NCBI GenBank assembly: GCA_964188305.1
Contig: OZ076886.1
DNA length: 64,000 bases
Reading direction: 5' to 3' (one strand)
DNA from: Podarcis bocagei
Taxonomy: Eukaryota
Part shown: positions 24,535-37,679 of the stretch, piece by piece
Layout of the letters: each line of letters begins with the position of its first letter
Position numbering within the stretch: position 1 is the stretch's first letter
Notes under the pieces: generated by a model
What the model saw: only the letters and a program-made list of their open reading frames with translations
What the model was told of the DNA's origin: nothing
Databases searched by the model: none
Program-made: the position numbers and the translations under genes

Positions 24535-27500
24535 CTGTCGCAGCCATACAAGACGGTGCACACAGAAACGGGAAAGAGAGAGAGAGAAGGAAATAAATAT
24601 AAAGGCAAAGGGAAATATAGGACCAAAGGGGAGGGTGGAGGAACCAGAATATGGTAAAGGATTGAAGGGAGGAGTGTAAGGAGAGAACAGTCAGGTTAAT
24701 GTTGGTCATTTATGCACAAGGCCAGCCCAGCCCAGCCCAGTGCTGGAAGCTCATATTCTCAGATATTTGGTTGCTCTTGACAACCAAGATAAACAAAGAT
24801 AGACGCCACGAAGGGACGGACAGTTCTCAGTAGGGATGAGTTGAGCAGCACAGCGGAGACAACAGCAAGGCCACACACTCCCCCCCCCCAACCCAAAACA
24901 TGCGGCAACAAGCCTCAGCCACTGTTAAAAGCTGCAACATTGTGCACGGCCCAAATGGGGACAGTCACCCCTACACACAGAGCTGCTCTCACTGATTGGC
25001 TGGGCCCCCTCGTCTTCGCGACTTTGGCCTTGCCAGCGCAACCCAGCCCAAAGGAGGCAGAGTAAGGCAAGGGGAAACTGCAGAGGAAGCCCTGAGCAGG
25101 ATTTGATATGTGGAGAAATAGAGGTCTGTAGCCTTGGACATACCTACAATGTTAGGAATTCCAAGAAATGAATTTCTTGCCATTTCTTTGGATGGAAGCA
25201 AAGTTTGGGAGATTCTTTGTATGCTAACTCTGAAGCCTAATGAGAAAAGTGTCATGCTGAAAGGGACTAATGAATAGAGTATGAATGGCTGTACTGCCTT
25301 TTTTATTTGGTAAATGATGTTGGTAGGTGCTGCTGCCATGGGTGTTCTCTCTTGATCAGAGTAGCTTCTGGTCAGACATGTGACTGCTGAAATGGAAACA
25401 TTCAGCGTCTTGATTCTTGCATTGTTTCAAACTGGTATAAAGGCTATGAATCACCATTTACCTTGGATGGAGAGAAAGGCAACTATATTTGTATATGTGG
25501 GTGTGGATGTGGGAGAGAATTAGGGGAGGAATTTACCATAGGTGGTCACAGAGCTGTTTGACAGTGGAACAGGGTGCATTGGAAAGTGATGGGCTCTGAT
25601 TCACTGGAGGTATTTAAGCAAAGGCTGGCTGGGCCTTTGGCAGACATGCTGTAGCTGCATCCCTTGCAGCGCTATGGTTCTAAAAACATTCCCACTAACC
25701 TGACTTTTTCAGAATGCCTTATTTTAGACCTTTGGTTCTCCAAAATCTGTCTTCCTTAACTGATAAGAAAGGCATCAGTTTCCACCAAATCACCCCAGCT
25801 TAGTATTCTTGCCCAGCAGTCACACAACCTACACATATTTCTGATCTAAAGGCTGTTGCCACTTCTCATCACGACAGGCCAAGATTTCTGAGGAAGAATC
25901 AGGAGTTTTCTGATTGGGTATTGGGAACTGTTATGGGTCCTCCTCAAAAAGACCCAAACAACAATAATTCTCTTGCAGAGTTCAGCACTGAGGCCACCTA
26001 GGCAGCCAAGGGACACGATTATCATGGGGATGTTTTCTGCAGTGTGACATCCATAAGAGTGTATTACTGAGAGAGAGGAGTCACACTGAATAGGCTGCCT
26101 CCAGACAAAACTAACTTTGGAGATTGGAAGACAAGTCCAAGACTGCTCCAGTCATCTGCTCCTCTCCCCGAAACCCAGAGCTAAGTGACAGGAGGAGGGC
26201 CAGGACAACCCCAGCAGTATGCACATCTGGAGTCTGGAGGGAAGTGCAGGAAAGGGATGACCTGGTGGAAAAGGTACATGGCTTCTCCTATAAAAGGTTT
26301 CCTGTACTCATGGTTGACTGCTACAGCAACAGAGTAAGACCACCGCACAGGAATCTGGCATCTGGACACAAGCTGAGAGTAAGTTTTGCAATGGAAAGTG
26401 GCAGTAGGAAGGTGCATGTGTGAGAGTACCAAGGGAAAGGGCAGTGCTACAAAAGGGCTGGCAGAATGTTTATAGGAACACCAGCATCATGACAGCACTG
26501 CGACAAGAAAGGTATGTAAGTGCCTGTGCTAGGACAGGGACAGAAATTGCCAAACTGGAGAAGGCAAACTACATGCAATGTGGCAGTTATCACCCAGTGT
26601 TACATTACTTTGTTTAAAAATGTTATGGCCTTCTTCTAATCTGTAGGGATAAAGAAGGCTATATGTCATAGGCCTACAAATGGCAGCGGGGGAGGTTTGT
26701 TTCCTACTTATACAGATCGGCTGCAATAGGCTTGGTGAACTGAGACAGCATTGCTTATTGGAGTAGGGCAGGGTGGGGAGCCTTCCATTTTGACCTCTCC
26801 CCATTGGCCACACACAGTCTCACTCAGAAGAACTGGAACCAGGTACAGAGATGGAAGGCTCTAGGACAGGTACAGAGAACCTGCAGTCCTCCAGATGTTT
26901 TGGGGACTTCAACTCCTACCAATACCAGCCAGTATAACCAACTGTTAGGTATGATAGGAGTTGTAGTCCAACAGCATCTGGAGGGCCACAAGTTCCCTAC
27001 TCTGGTTTTAGGAAGTTCTAGCCTGTCCGTATTTTGGGCAGTAGATGTGCAGCATTTAGCAGCTTCATCCCGCCATAATTCCCTCTGTCATTTTGAGGTT
27101 TGATTACCAGATGCAAAGCTCATGCAAAAAAGTAAAGGAGAACCAACGCCATTCACCTCCTTCCCTGCAAACAGATGCCCCCTTTCTGCACTGTAACTCA
27201 TCATCACAGCTGTACTGAAAGCAACACTTTCTATTACATACTGGATCGTCTTCTAGGAGCTGTGCTGATGTTGGATCCAGACTGCACAGAAGGTCTTATC
27301 AGTCCAACTCCAGCAGACAGGCATAGCAGGCAAGCATCCGGCAGCGATAAAAAGCCTAAGATGCTTTAAAGCAGAAGTGGCCAACTTTTTTTTTGGCAAG
27401 TGTACAACCACAAATCAAATCTAAAGAATAATACAGTACTACTCAGCCTCACTCTGCAGTACATAATAAAATGTTCTAGTGTCTTGGAACTATTTTGCTT

Positions 27501-27930
27501 CTGTCTACTGGAGTAGACAATAGCACAGCATGAGAGAGCCAGGTAGGAGCACTGTGATTCCAAGCCACTGTTAGGTCCAGAGGTCCTCCATTTCCCATCG
27601 ACATGTACTACAAACTCCGATGCTTGTGTCAGAGGTTGGCAACCTATGCCTTAAAGCCATTGTTTCAAGTTCTTCGCCTTCAGAGAACCCTGATCACATT
27701 GACCTTTCTGATAAGGAGCATCTGTATATTGCAAAAAATTGTGCTGAGAGTTTTAGGGAGAACATTTAGTTCACATAGTGCACTTCTCAGACCAGCTGGG
27801 TTGCTTCACAAAGCCCACATATGAGGAAAATGTGCTCCTTAGAATTTCCCTCAGGCTCTGTACTGCAAAGGAAGATTGCTAGTGGCTGGCAAGTCTTCTT
27901 TAAGGTCTATCTGTCATTACTATTCTTCTA

Positions 27931-27998
27931 CTGAGGAACCCATTGAGGAACCCGAGTTCTTTACTGAGGAACCCATTGAGGAACCCATTGAGGAACCC
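27931..27998. repeat. Short tandem repeat of a ~12-nt unit (tgaggaacccat)
   Basis: Five tgaggaaccc cores visible. Confidence 0.85.
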
Positions 27999-29664
27999 AG
28001 AACAGGTTTGAAAACAACTATCTTAAGAGTAATAAAACCTATTGTTGAATCAAAGGGAGAAACCTTTGTTGAAAATGCAGTGTGGATGATGCCAAGCAGC
28101 CTGCTGCTGGGACCTTTCCAAGACCAGTGGGCCTACTAGGTTGAAGGACAGCTTGCACAGGGAGATGTCCAGGATGCTGAGCTTTGGTGCGAGACCATGA
28201 TTTATGTACCTCTGACTTAAAGGGAAGGTCTGTGTTTGGTAGCTAGGCTGCCATAGCTGATGTTTTTAACAAGTTGTGTCTGCTAAGATGCTTATGAGTT
28301 ACAATTTAGACCCTACTCGGTAGAATTGGGAGGCACAGTTATAAACTAATTGTAGCAGATAATGTATTTATTTTGTCCATGGTCTTCACCTCATAATATG
28401 CCCAAGCTCTCACTTGCACACATATACACAGAGACACAAATATGCTTAGCCTGCTGGTACGGCAGTAAATGCTGCTACACAGCGGAGCATGCTAAGAGCG
28501 ACTGCTGCTGGGCACATGCTTAGCAAAGAGCACTCACCCCCAGCCCATTATCCCACCCCCACCTTCCGCCTTGCACAACACCGGCTGCTGGAATAGCATC
28601 TCACAACCCTGTAAAGTTTGCTACTATAAAGCATGCTTCATGCCAGATCAGGAAGCGTACATTACTAGCTGGACAGTAGCTGCAGAAGGACGCGGGCTTT
28701 GCTTTGACAGCAGCTGTGCTGTGACAGGCCACAGTTTAATTTAGCCTTTCCCTCCACTCCCCATCAGAGAAGTGAAGAGTGAGCACAAGGCTAGCATACC
28801 AAAACAGCCCTCCAGAGGCCAAGGAAGTAAAATAAAATTCCAGCCTGGTCAAAGCAACAAGTTAGCAGAAATTATGCCTTCAAAACAAGACCACTTAAGA
28901 CAACAAGAGGTGATTGCCCTAAGTGAAAACCCAGTGGGAAAGCAGAAGTGAAAAGACAAGATCAGAAACCTGATTCCCAGATCCCAGGTCTCAGAGCAGA
29001 AATAGGGAAGCTGCGGCTCTCCAGAAGGCCTTGGGACTACAACTCCCATCATCCTTGACCACTGGCTAATGGGAGTTGAAATCTAACAACATCTAGAGGC
29101 CCAGTGTTCCACATTCCTGTCTGATAGGGTGCTCTGTCCCATGGCTGGGATTCGTGGCATATGTTACTTACTCAGAGGACCCTCCTGCCACCTTCCTTGA
29201 CAAAGAGGTGCAATTTCTCTTCTCAGGAAGGATTTGTTGCTTTACTACATTCACATGCCAATATTTCATTGCTTCTTAAGGGAAATGTCTCATTCTCCTC
29301 CTTAACATCTCCATCCTTAGACACAGCGGGCTGGATCTGCTAATGGAGAGCTGACACGTGTATTGCAGCAAATGCTGCTACTGCTGTGCACCTGCTACTG
29401 ATGCAAATTGAAAGAAATGTGTAGCAGGCACTCAATGCCCACAGGGCATAAATGCACCATGGTATAACTCCATGATCTTAGTTGGACTGGTGGCAGCGAG
29501 GAGGCCAAACAGCCTACACACATCTGCTCTGACTTTCTTTTCATCATGTGATTCTGACTGCCACAAAGCTGGAAGAAAATATCCACTTCAGTCTTGCTGC
29601 TACCCAGCTGTTTAACTGAGCTGTCTGGATTACTTGGTATTCTACTAACTAGATGCTAAAGATC

Positions 29665-30414
29665 CAGTGGCGTAGCGTGGGGGGGTGCCAGGGGTGCCAG
29701 CCGCACCGGGCGCAACTTCTGGGGGGGCGCGCTCGCTGCCTCCGGAGTCGCCGAAGAGCCTCGGGCGCAGGCTGTAGCTGGCAGCGGCTCTCAGCGCTCG
29801 CCGCGGTCCCCGCGCGTCAGGGCCACGGAGGGCGCGCCAGGCAGCCCCTCCTCACCGACGGGCAGCGTTCGCCTGCGGGGCTCGGCCAGCGCGCTGGGCT
29901 GGCCGCGTGGAGTCGCCGAGGAGCCGCCGCCGCCTGCCATGCCGCCCTGGCTGCTTCAACCGCGTCCGACAGCCGGCTCGAGGCTCCTTCCGGCCGGGTC
30001 TCCCGACGGGGCGCTGCGGGCGGAGGCTCCGGCACCAAACGCCACGCCGCCCAGGCTCGGGGCGCTGTCTGGACGTGCGCAGCCCGCCAAACGCGCCATC
30101 GGCGGCGCTCTAGTGCCTGCGCGCCAAGACCGCCCACCCGCCCCGACGGGGCCCCCCCACCCGCGCCGGAGGCCGGCCGACGCACTGGCCCCAGAGCCGC
30201 CCCCTCCCCGCGCCAGAAAGAAGCCGCGTCGGGACTAGCCGGGCCGGGGAGGGAGACCGAGAAGGCTGCGCCGCGACGCCCAAAGACACGCGTCTTGGCG
30301 TATTAATGACCATGGTTAGGTGTTAGGGGGCGCAAATTACTTGCCTTGCCCCGGGTTAGGGGGCGCAAATTACTTGCCTTGCCCCGGGTGCTGATAACCC
30401 ACGCTACGCCGCTG
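29665..30414. mobile_element. Young non-autonomous hAT element (750 bp) with CpG-island-like cargo
   Basis: TIRs cagtggcgtagcgtggg / cccacgctacgccgctg; perfect 8-bp TSD taaagatc (29657-29664, 30415-30422); 33-bp subterminal tandem duplication 30322-30387. Confidence 0.92.
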
Positions 30415-31239
30415 TAAAGATCAGAAGGTTGTAAAAGTATTGAGGGAATTCGCTGCCTAAAGGGACTTGGAGTGGACCCATTACATTGGAATCACTGCAG
30501 GAGAAGGCAGTGGTAGCACTGGAAATATAAGTGATGACTTCTACAACAGAATGCTGACTTTAATGAGAAAGCCTGATAGCTTTCCCCTAATATTTGGACC
30601 AATAAATTGTGATGACAGGCACCTGCTGTCTTGTATGTAAGACATTATTCTGTGATGTATTGCTAGGAAGTATCATCTCATGAGCATCTGTGAATTTAAA
30701 GGGTTTAACATGAAGTGGGTGGGGAGAATCTGCAGGATGAAGAGGTAATGCAGGAAAGGTAGTATTATAAAGTCTAGCCCTTTCTTGGGGGGGGGGGGAT
30801 TCAGTATGCCATTTAGACCTAAACTACACATAATGGGGAGATGCACACATGCCATTGACCTGCATCTCCCCTGCAGAATACGTAATATTCTTTGTTCAGG
30901 TGCCCCTTTGTGGAACCTTCATCTTGCCCAGGGCTTTCATTTCCTGTGTGAAAGCAAAGCCTTCAGCACATGTTAATAAGCTGAAATGATTCCTGGAAAG
31001 AGCATGCTGTTCCTTAGAGTGATATACACACCCTAAATAAACAGATGTGTAACAGGAAGACTCAAGGATTCTTTCAGTTTGCATCAGTACCGAGTAGCAC
31101 TAAGCCAAAGATTGCTACCTCCTTGATGTGCAGGTGACAATGAGGATCACTGCTACCCCTATGAGCAAAAGAGAGTGCAAGGAAGGGGAGGTCATCACAG
31201 CCCTCAAGTTCAAAATGGGCTGGATAAAAAAACCCTCAC

Positions 31240-31353
31240 CTGGTTTTCAGCAGGCAGTCGTGGCATGGAAGCAGCACGTCCATGACCTTCCATGGGCAGG
31301 TACTGGTCACTGTCTGAGTAGCCCTCCCTTGGCATCTCCCGCATCTCTACAGA
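31240..31353 (-). CDS. CACNA1A: CACNA1A cassette exon 43 (114 nt): [38 protein letters not shown]
   Basis: atccag|TCT ... CAG|gtgagg; phase 0/0. Confidence 0.96.
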
Positions 31354-31737
31354 CTGGATTAGGCAAAGCAGATGGATTTATTTAAAACATTTATAAACCT
31401 CTTAGTATTTGAAAAGCCTCTAAGAAGTGCACAACATAAAAAACAATAAACAACATAATTAAAATAGAAATACAACATAAAACAAGTAAAACAGTACCAA
31501 GAAAAAACAAGAATTCAGAGAATTCATGTAAGTAAAAAAAGGGGGCAATCTTATGGGTCAGAGAAAGCCTGGGCAGAAAGATACATTTTTATACCATGTC
31601 TGAAGCAATGGGGTCATGACACATGGGATGCCAGATCTGGGGGAGCTGAGAGGGACAGATGTGGAACAACTGACCAAAGATTAAAGGACTCAATGGACTT
31701 CAAACACAGAATCTACTTCAAACACAGAATCTACTGT

Positions 31738-31810
31738 TTCCTGCTTGGCAGGGGGTTGGACTCGATGGCCCTTCTGGTCTCTTCCAACTCTATGATTCTA
31801 TGATTCTATT
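31738..31810 (+). mobile_element. CR1 LINE 3' end
   Basis: gggttggactcgatggcc...ttccaactctatgattctatgattctat, the typical CR1 tail with (ATTCTATG)n. Confidence 0.75.
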
Positions 31811-31840
31811 CTGGCCTCATGCTGCTGGCAACCTCTAGTC

Positions 31841-31976
31841 CAGTGTTTCCCAACCTTGGGTCTCCAGCTGTTTTTGGACTACAACTCCCATCATCCCTAG
31901 CTAGCAAGACCAGTGGTCAGGGATGATGGGAACTGTAGTCCAAAAACAGCTGGAGACCCAAGGTTGGGAAACACTG
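31841..31976. mobile_element. Palindromic hAT MITE (young copy); decayed relatives near 19990, 21450, 26870, 29010, 37895, 43450 and 60000
   Basis: Near-perfect hairpin cagtgtttcccaaccttggg...cccaaggttgggaaacactg; perfect 8-bp TSD ctctagtc. Confidence 0.92.
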
Positions 31977-33381
31977 CTCTAGTCATTAAGTATTCTTCTG
32001 CTAAACATGATTCGACCTCTCACTCTCTAGCTCTCATAAATATATTTCCTACCCAAATCCAGGAATACAAGACAGAGGCAATGAGCATTTTAGATTCTGG
32101 ATCTGCAGGCTGTTGTACTGCTGCTGTGTCCTGTGGAACCCCATATACAAGTGGTGACTGGCGTGGACTGGTGTGGTAGAAAGCAGAGAAACCAAATGCA
32201 ACTAGACCCAGAACAAACTAATTCTGGTTTTTTCCTCAACCTCCTTCCTGGTGAATACTACAAAGGCAACACTGAGAGGAAGAAGCTGGCAGCCAGTGCC
32301 ATTCTCTGGACTGGTTGTAAGGAGGAAGGCAGGCAGATGGGGGCTGGCTGAGGGCAGATAGACATTGGTGGGGCAGCATCCCATTTGCCTTAATGGAGCA
32401 GCCTCCATTGATATACAAATAGTTCAAATATGCTATGCAAAGTCTTTGGAGCCTGCAGGACACATCAAGAGGCAGGGGTGAATTCTCCTAAGGCGCTTTC
32501 TCCTAAGGCTGCCAGATATAAAATCATGCAAGGAAAGAGGGCATTGCTAGTATTCTTGGAGAAATCACTCCTATTCTCCCAGTTCATAGGCTGAGAGCCA
32601 AATGCACACTACAGAGGAACATCTGTACCAATAAGGTAGTAGACTTATGACTGTGGAAAGAAATCAGTAGATTGTGACTGAAAATGACATGTAATGTGCC
32701 AGGATGGATTTACCTCTCAAATGACACTGTGTTCATGATACAGAGCATAACTGCAATTTTATCTTTAGGACAAATATTTTGAGAACAGCCATATGAACAC
32801 TGAGCATCAAAATTCATACTTCTCCATTTAACTCATTTGGAGCCCCTACAATCTAGGTGGTGGTGAGGTTTTGCTTCACCTTTGGAGTCCCCTCCTCCTT
32901 TGTTTAAGGTAAGGTGAATTCATATGATCAAATTAGCATGGCAAGAAGGCAATATGAGCAAGCACAGGCTGAATTCAGTTTATGGCAAAAAGATCTTGCA
33001 GCTGATTCACCATAAGTACAATTTGCAACTCATCTCCCTTTTGTCATGCTACCAAAACTTCATACAGTAGGTTGCTCAGGGTGCTGTAAATGTGGACTGT
33101 CATGAGATCCAAGTGTCACACGATTCCTTCACCTTCAGTTGAAGCTCAACCCATATTGGCCTGACCCACATCTCAACTATTTGCTCCTCTGAACTGGACC
33201 TTCCTGAGCAACTTTCCTATGATTCTGGAATTTTCAAAACATGATGTCTGATTCTAGTGAAAGACTGCATATTGTAACAGACTTTAAAAAGATTTCAAGA
33301 GGACAAACTGGGTCCGAGAAGAGAGAAAGACTGAGAGATAGGCAAGTGCCAGTCCAAGCACCTAGCTGGCACACAAACCAC

Positions 33382-33520
33382 CTGGGAATTGGTCCGGCTA
33401 TTGGGTATCTCTTCCGGGCGCCCTGGCTCTGGGCTCCAGGTTCCTGTCTTCTGGAACATTTCTTGCGCTCGTTGTGTGACCCAGGATTCACTTTCTTTCA
33501 TTCCTCCTTCCTGCATGGTC
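33382..33520 (-). CDS. CACNA1A: CACNA1A exon 42 (139 nt): [46 protein letters not shown]
   Basis: ctccag|G ... CAG|gtggtt; phase 2 to 0; [20 protein letters not shown] CaM-binding region. Confidence 0.95.
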
Positions 33521-33972
33521 CTGGAGCAGAAAGAATAGTCAGACTATAACAAGTTGCTGCACAGTCACAAACAGAGTCTGATGACACAGAATCATTAGCG
33601 TTGTGGAAATAGCTACAATAGCTGCCTTGTCAGGTTCCCTGCTATTCAAAACCCTAGAGTTTCCCAGCTAAGTAAACACAGCCAGAATCTGGTAGTTTCA
33701 GGAACTCTTATACAGTACCTGGAAAGCATACAGCAGGGAGCAATCATATACAGAACCAAATCAGGAAAAAACCCCACTCAAGTTGACATACTGAAAACCA
33801 GAGACATAAACTCCCTTGAGAATATTTAGTAAAGGCTTGTATGCAAACATCTAAAGCAGAAAATATCTATAAAAATACACTGTAGTGTTTCTGGGCTGAA
33901 GAGTCCTGTTATATCTATTGATGTGATAATCATTGTGAGGGTTTCTAGTAATCTATGATGATGGTTCTACAA

Positions 33973-34294
33973 CAGGCGTCAGCAAATTTTTTCAGCAGGG
34001 GGCCTGTCCACTGTCCCTCAGACCTTGTGGGGGGGCCGGACCATTTTTTTTTGGGGGGGGGGAACAAATTCCTATGGCCCACAAATAACCCAGAGATGCA
34101 TTTTAAATAAAAGCACACATTCTACTCATGTAAAAACAGTAGGCAGGCCCCACAAATAACCCAGAGATGCATTTTAAATAAAAGGACACATTCTACTCAT
34201 GTAAAAACACACTGATTCCCAGACCATCTGCGGGCCGGATTTAGAAGGCGATTGGGCCAGATCCAGCCCCTGGGCCTTAGTTTGCCTACCTATG
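33973..34294. mobile_element. Non-autonomous hAT element with internal ~70-bp tandem duplication
   Basis: Termini caggcgtcagcaaa / tttgcctacctatg; perfect 8-bp TSD ttctacaa; duplicated cccacaaataacccagagatgcatttt...gtaaaaaca. Confidence 0.85.
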
Positions 34295-34383
34295 TTCTAC
34301 AAGGTGCCTGATTCTGCACATTCTGTTTCTGAGATGTCTTTTTGAATGTAGCAGGTCTGAAAGCTATATTGATTAAGACTCAC

Positions 34384-34493
34384 GTTCCATCCCCTTGATC
34401 CAGTTGTGAGGAAGGGAGAGCATTCTGTCCTGGGCCACCTTCCTGGGATGGAGATGCTAGATCCATGCGCTGGAACATAAGTGGTGTCCGATT
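34384..34493 (-). CDS. CACNA1A: CACNA1A exon 41 (110 nt): [36 protein letters not shown](T)
   Basis: ctgtag|AAT ... AC|gtgagt; phase 0 to 2. Confidence 0.95.
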
Positions 34494-35099
34494 CTACAGG
34501 AAAGCACAGAATGATGCACAAGTTGGTATTTAGATATCTGTTGGAAAATACATGCAGCTATTAAATAGCTTCTTTTCCTCGAGTAAAAGTTCAGACCATT
34601 TGAAAAGCTGTCAGTGACAAGACAATCCCTGCATGCTTTGAACTGTGAGTGAAACCTTGCTCACAGACTGACACATTGCCTATTGGCTTTACTGAGAAAC
34701 CAGGCTCTTCCCTCTATCAACTGTCAATTGGCAGCAGTCATTTCATCAAGCTGTAGCAGGGAAGGTGGGGAGAGAGGAGTTCTAGGGCCACTCCACTGAT
34801 GCAGCTGAGAGTCTAGCAACCATTGGCTCTTCCTTGCCTTGAATTGGGCATTATAAGAACTTGTACTTAAGAACTGGCACTGAAGTTTGAGTATTTCCTC
34901 CTTGCCAGGGAGTTCCCTCCCCTGATTTTACTTAGCTCCAGTTCCTTCACAATTCCAAGAAGGCATCTCAAGATTCTCCTCCAACCCTGCCTTTGATGCA
35001 CATTGCATCAAAATTATTTGGCACATGTACATCTGCATGACAGCACACACACAACTGCACAAATACAGTATCATACATCCCTCATCCCCCCTTAAAATA

Positions 35100-35339
35100 C
35101 AGTGGTACCTCGGGTTAAGTACTTAATTCGTTCCGGAGGTCTGTTCTTAACCTGAAACTGTTTTTAACCTGAAGAAACTTTAGCTAATGGGGCCTCCCAC
35201 TGCTGCCGTGCCACTGCTGTGCGATTTGTGTTCTCATCCTGAAGCAAAGTTCTTAACCCGAGGTACTATTTCTGGGTTAGTGGAATCTGTAACCTGAAGT
35301 GTCTGTAACCTGAAGCGTATGTAACCCGAGATACCACTG
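35100..35339. mobile_element. Tigger/mariner-type MITE (family copy 3)
   Basis: TA|cagtggtacctc...gagataccactg|TA. Confidence 0.9.
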
Positions 35340-35346
35340 TACATTA

Positions 35347-35553
<207 letters not shown>

Positions 35554-36084
35554 TCAGCTTATTTTTCCCTTAGGTTTGGGCTGAGATTTCTTGGCTGGTG
35601 GGGTGCCATCACTGTAAGTCTATGTGTGTCTGCATGTAAAATTGTTAATTCCTTCATGGGTTTTGCAGTTGCAGCTCAGGTAGACATTTGAGGGTAAGTT
35701 CCCAAATTTAAATTGCTAGTCTCAGACACCACATGGAGAGTTGAACATGGCCTCATTAGACCTCTTTTGGCAAAGTAAACACAAGGGGCATATCGGTAAG
35801 TGCATTAGCTCCACCCTCTTGCAATCATTCTGATCACCCTCCACAAGTTGGAGGGTAATAGTCTGAAAGGAGGAGCCTTTTCAAGAAGGCATATTTTAGA
35901 ACAGGTCTTTCTCCTCTGTAATAAAATAATAGGAAAGGGATTTATTTATTTATTTGCGGAATTTTTATTCTACCCTTTACCATGTGGCCTCAGGGCAGGT
36001 TCCAATAAAATCAAAGTACACAACAACAATGCAGATAAGTGTATGTGTGCATATGTGTGTGTGTGTGTATAAAATAATTAATCA

Positions 36085-36830
36085 ATATTATTTTTTATTT
36101 TATAAAATTTATATACCACTTGATTGTAAAAAACCTCAAAGTGGTTTACAAAAAAGATGAAACAACAAATAATCAATAATAATTAATAACAATTTAAGAC
36201 TTTCAAAAAGTAAAATTAATAAAAAATCACAATATACAAGTTCCTTTACCTGAAAACACCTGCTGTCTGAAGGCTAATTAAAGAGAAATGTATTTACCTG
36301 ACATCAGAACCTGCTCTGCGTTGATACCTGTCTGATCTCGAGAAAAGTCCTCCAGAGTTGTGGTGCTGCGATCTAGAGCACCTATCTCCAAGTTTCAGTC
36401 AATCAGGTATCCATTAATGGTGCTACTACCAACACAGCCTCCCTGATACATCTCAGCATATGGGCAGGACAATATTGGGAGAGATGCTCTTTTAGTTAAT
36501 TCGGGCCCAAGCCACTCAGAGATTTATATGTCAAAGTCAACTGTCTGAACTGGGCTTGGTGACATATCGCCAATGAAGATGCTTTAAAAAACTAGCATTC
36601 TGAACTAGTGACAATCTTTGAACTGTGTTCAGGAGTTGCCCTATGTAAAGTGCATTACAGTAGTTAAACCAGGAAGCTACTAGGGTGTGAATTAGTGTGG
36701 CCAGGCTATCCCTGTCCAGACATGGTCATATGTGATGAATCAGCCATAGCTGCCAATAACCACTACCTCAGCCACAAGGTGGCATTACAGAGTAACTTCT
36801 GACTATGCACTTGATCTTTTACAGTGGGGT
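36085..36830 (-). mobile_element. Degraded L2-clade LINE 3' fragment
   Basis: Same diagnostic blocks as the 41.1-41.6 kb copy (gggcccaagcca, gcattacagtag) but decayed; boundaries approximate. Confidence 0.5.
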
Positions 36831-37173
36831 GGGGTGGGGAACGTCTGGACCATGAGGAACTCTTGTCCCACCATGGGATCTAAGTTTATCCATGAGGCTG
36901 TTTTCCCCAAACCATGCCCATCTGTCTATCAGTTGACATCACTGGGTGACAGCTGATGAGGATGGTTCAGTCCTGCTGAGTGCTGCTTTACCATTGTGTT
37001 CCCTGTGAGACTATCCATGTGGAAATAACACAGTTCTCTCCATTGCCAAGATGACATTGCAACAGTAATTTCCATAAAGTTATTTCCATAAAGAAGTGAG
37101 TATATGTATGAACTCAGTGTGGACAGAATGAATGTCACAGACAGGGACAATAATGACAACTCTTACATTGTCA

Positions 37174-37464
<291 letters not shown>

Positions 37465-37467
37465 TTA

Positions 37468-37679
37468 GGGCAGATCCACGCCATACCTTTAAAGTATATT
37501 CAATGCACATTTAAAGCATATGACTTCCCTCAAGGATTCCTGGGAACTGTAGTTTTCCCTTACAGAGGTACGATTCCTGGCAGCCTTAACAAACTACAGT
37601 TCCCCGGATTCTCTGGGGGAAGTTGTGTACTTTAAATGTGCATTGGATGTGCTTTAAATGTATGGTATGGATGTGCCCC
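37468..37679. mobile_element. Palindromic MITE (PIF/Harbinger-like termini)
   Basis: gggcagatccacgccatac...gtatggtatggatgtgcccc long imperfect inverted repeat. Confidence 0.6.

Noticed and set aside
27876-28139. ORF with TEEPIEEP repeats
   Set aside because: Translation of a 12-nt tandem repeat, antisense and intronic, with no splice or promoter support. It is not CRISPR-like: no unique spacers, and the host is eukaryotic.
29653-30306. 217-aa ORF and other overlapping ORFs in the GC-rich insert
   Set aside because: Low-complexity R/A/G/P translation expected from stop-poor GC-rich DNA; no transposase motifs, and the ORF crosses the element boundary.
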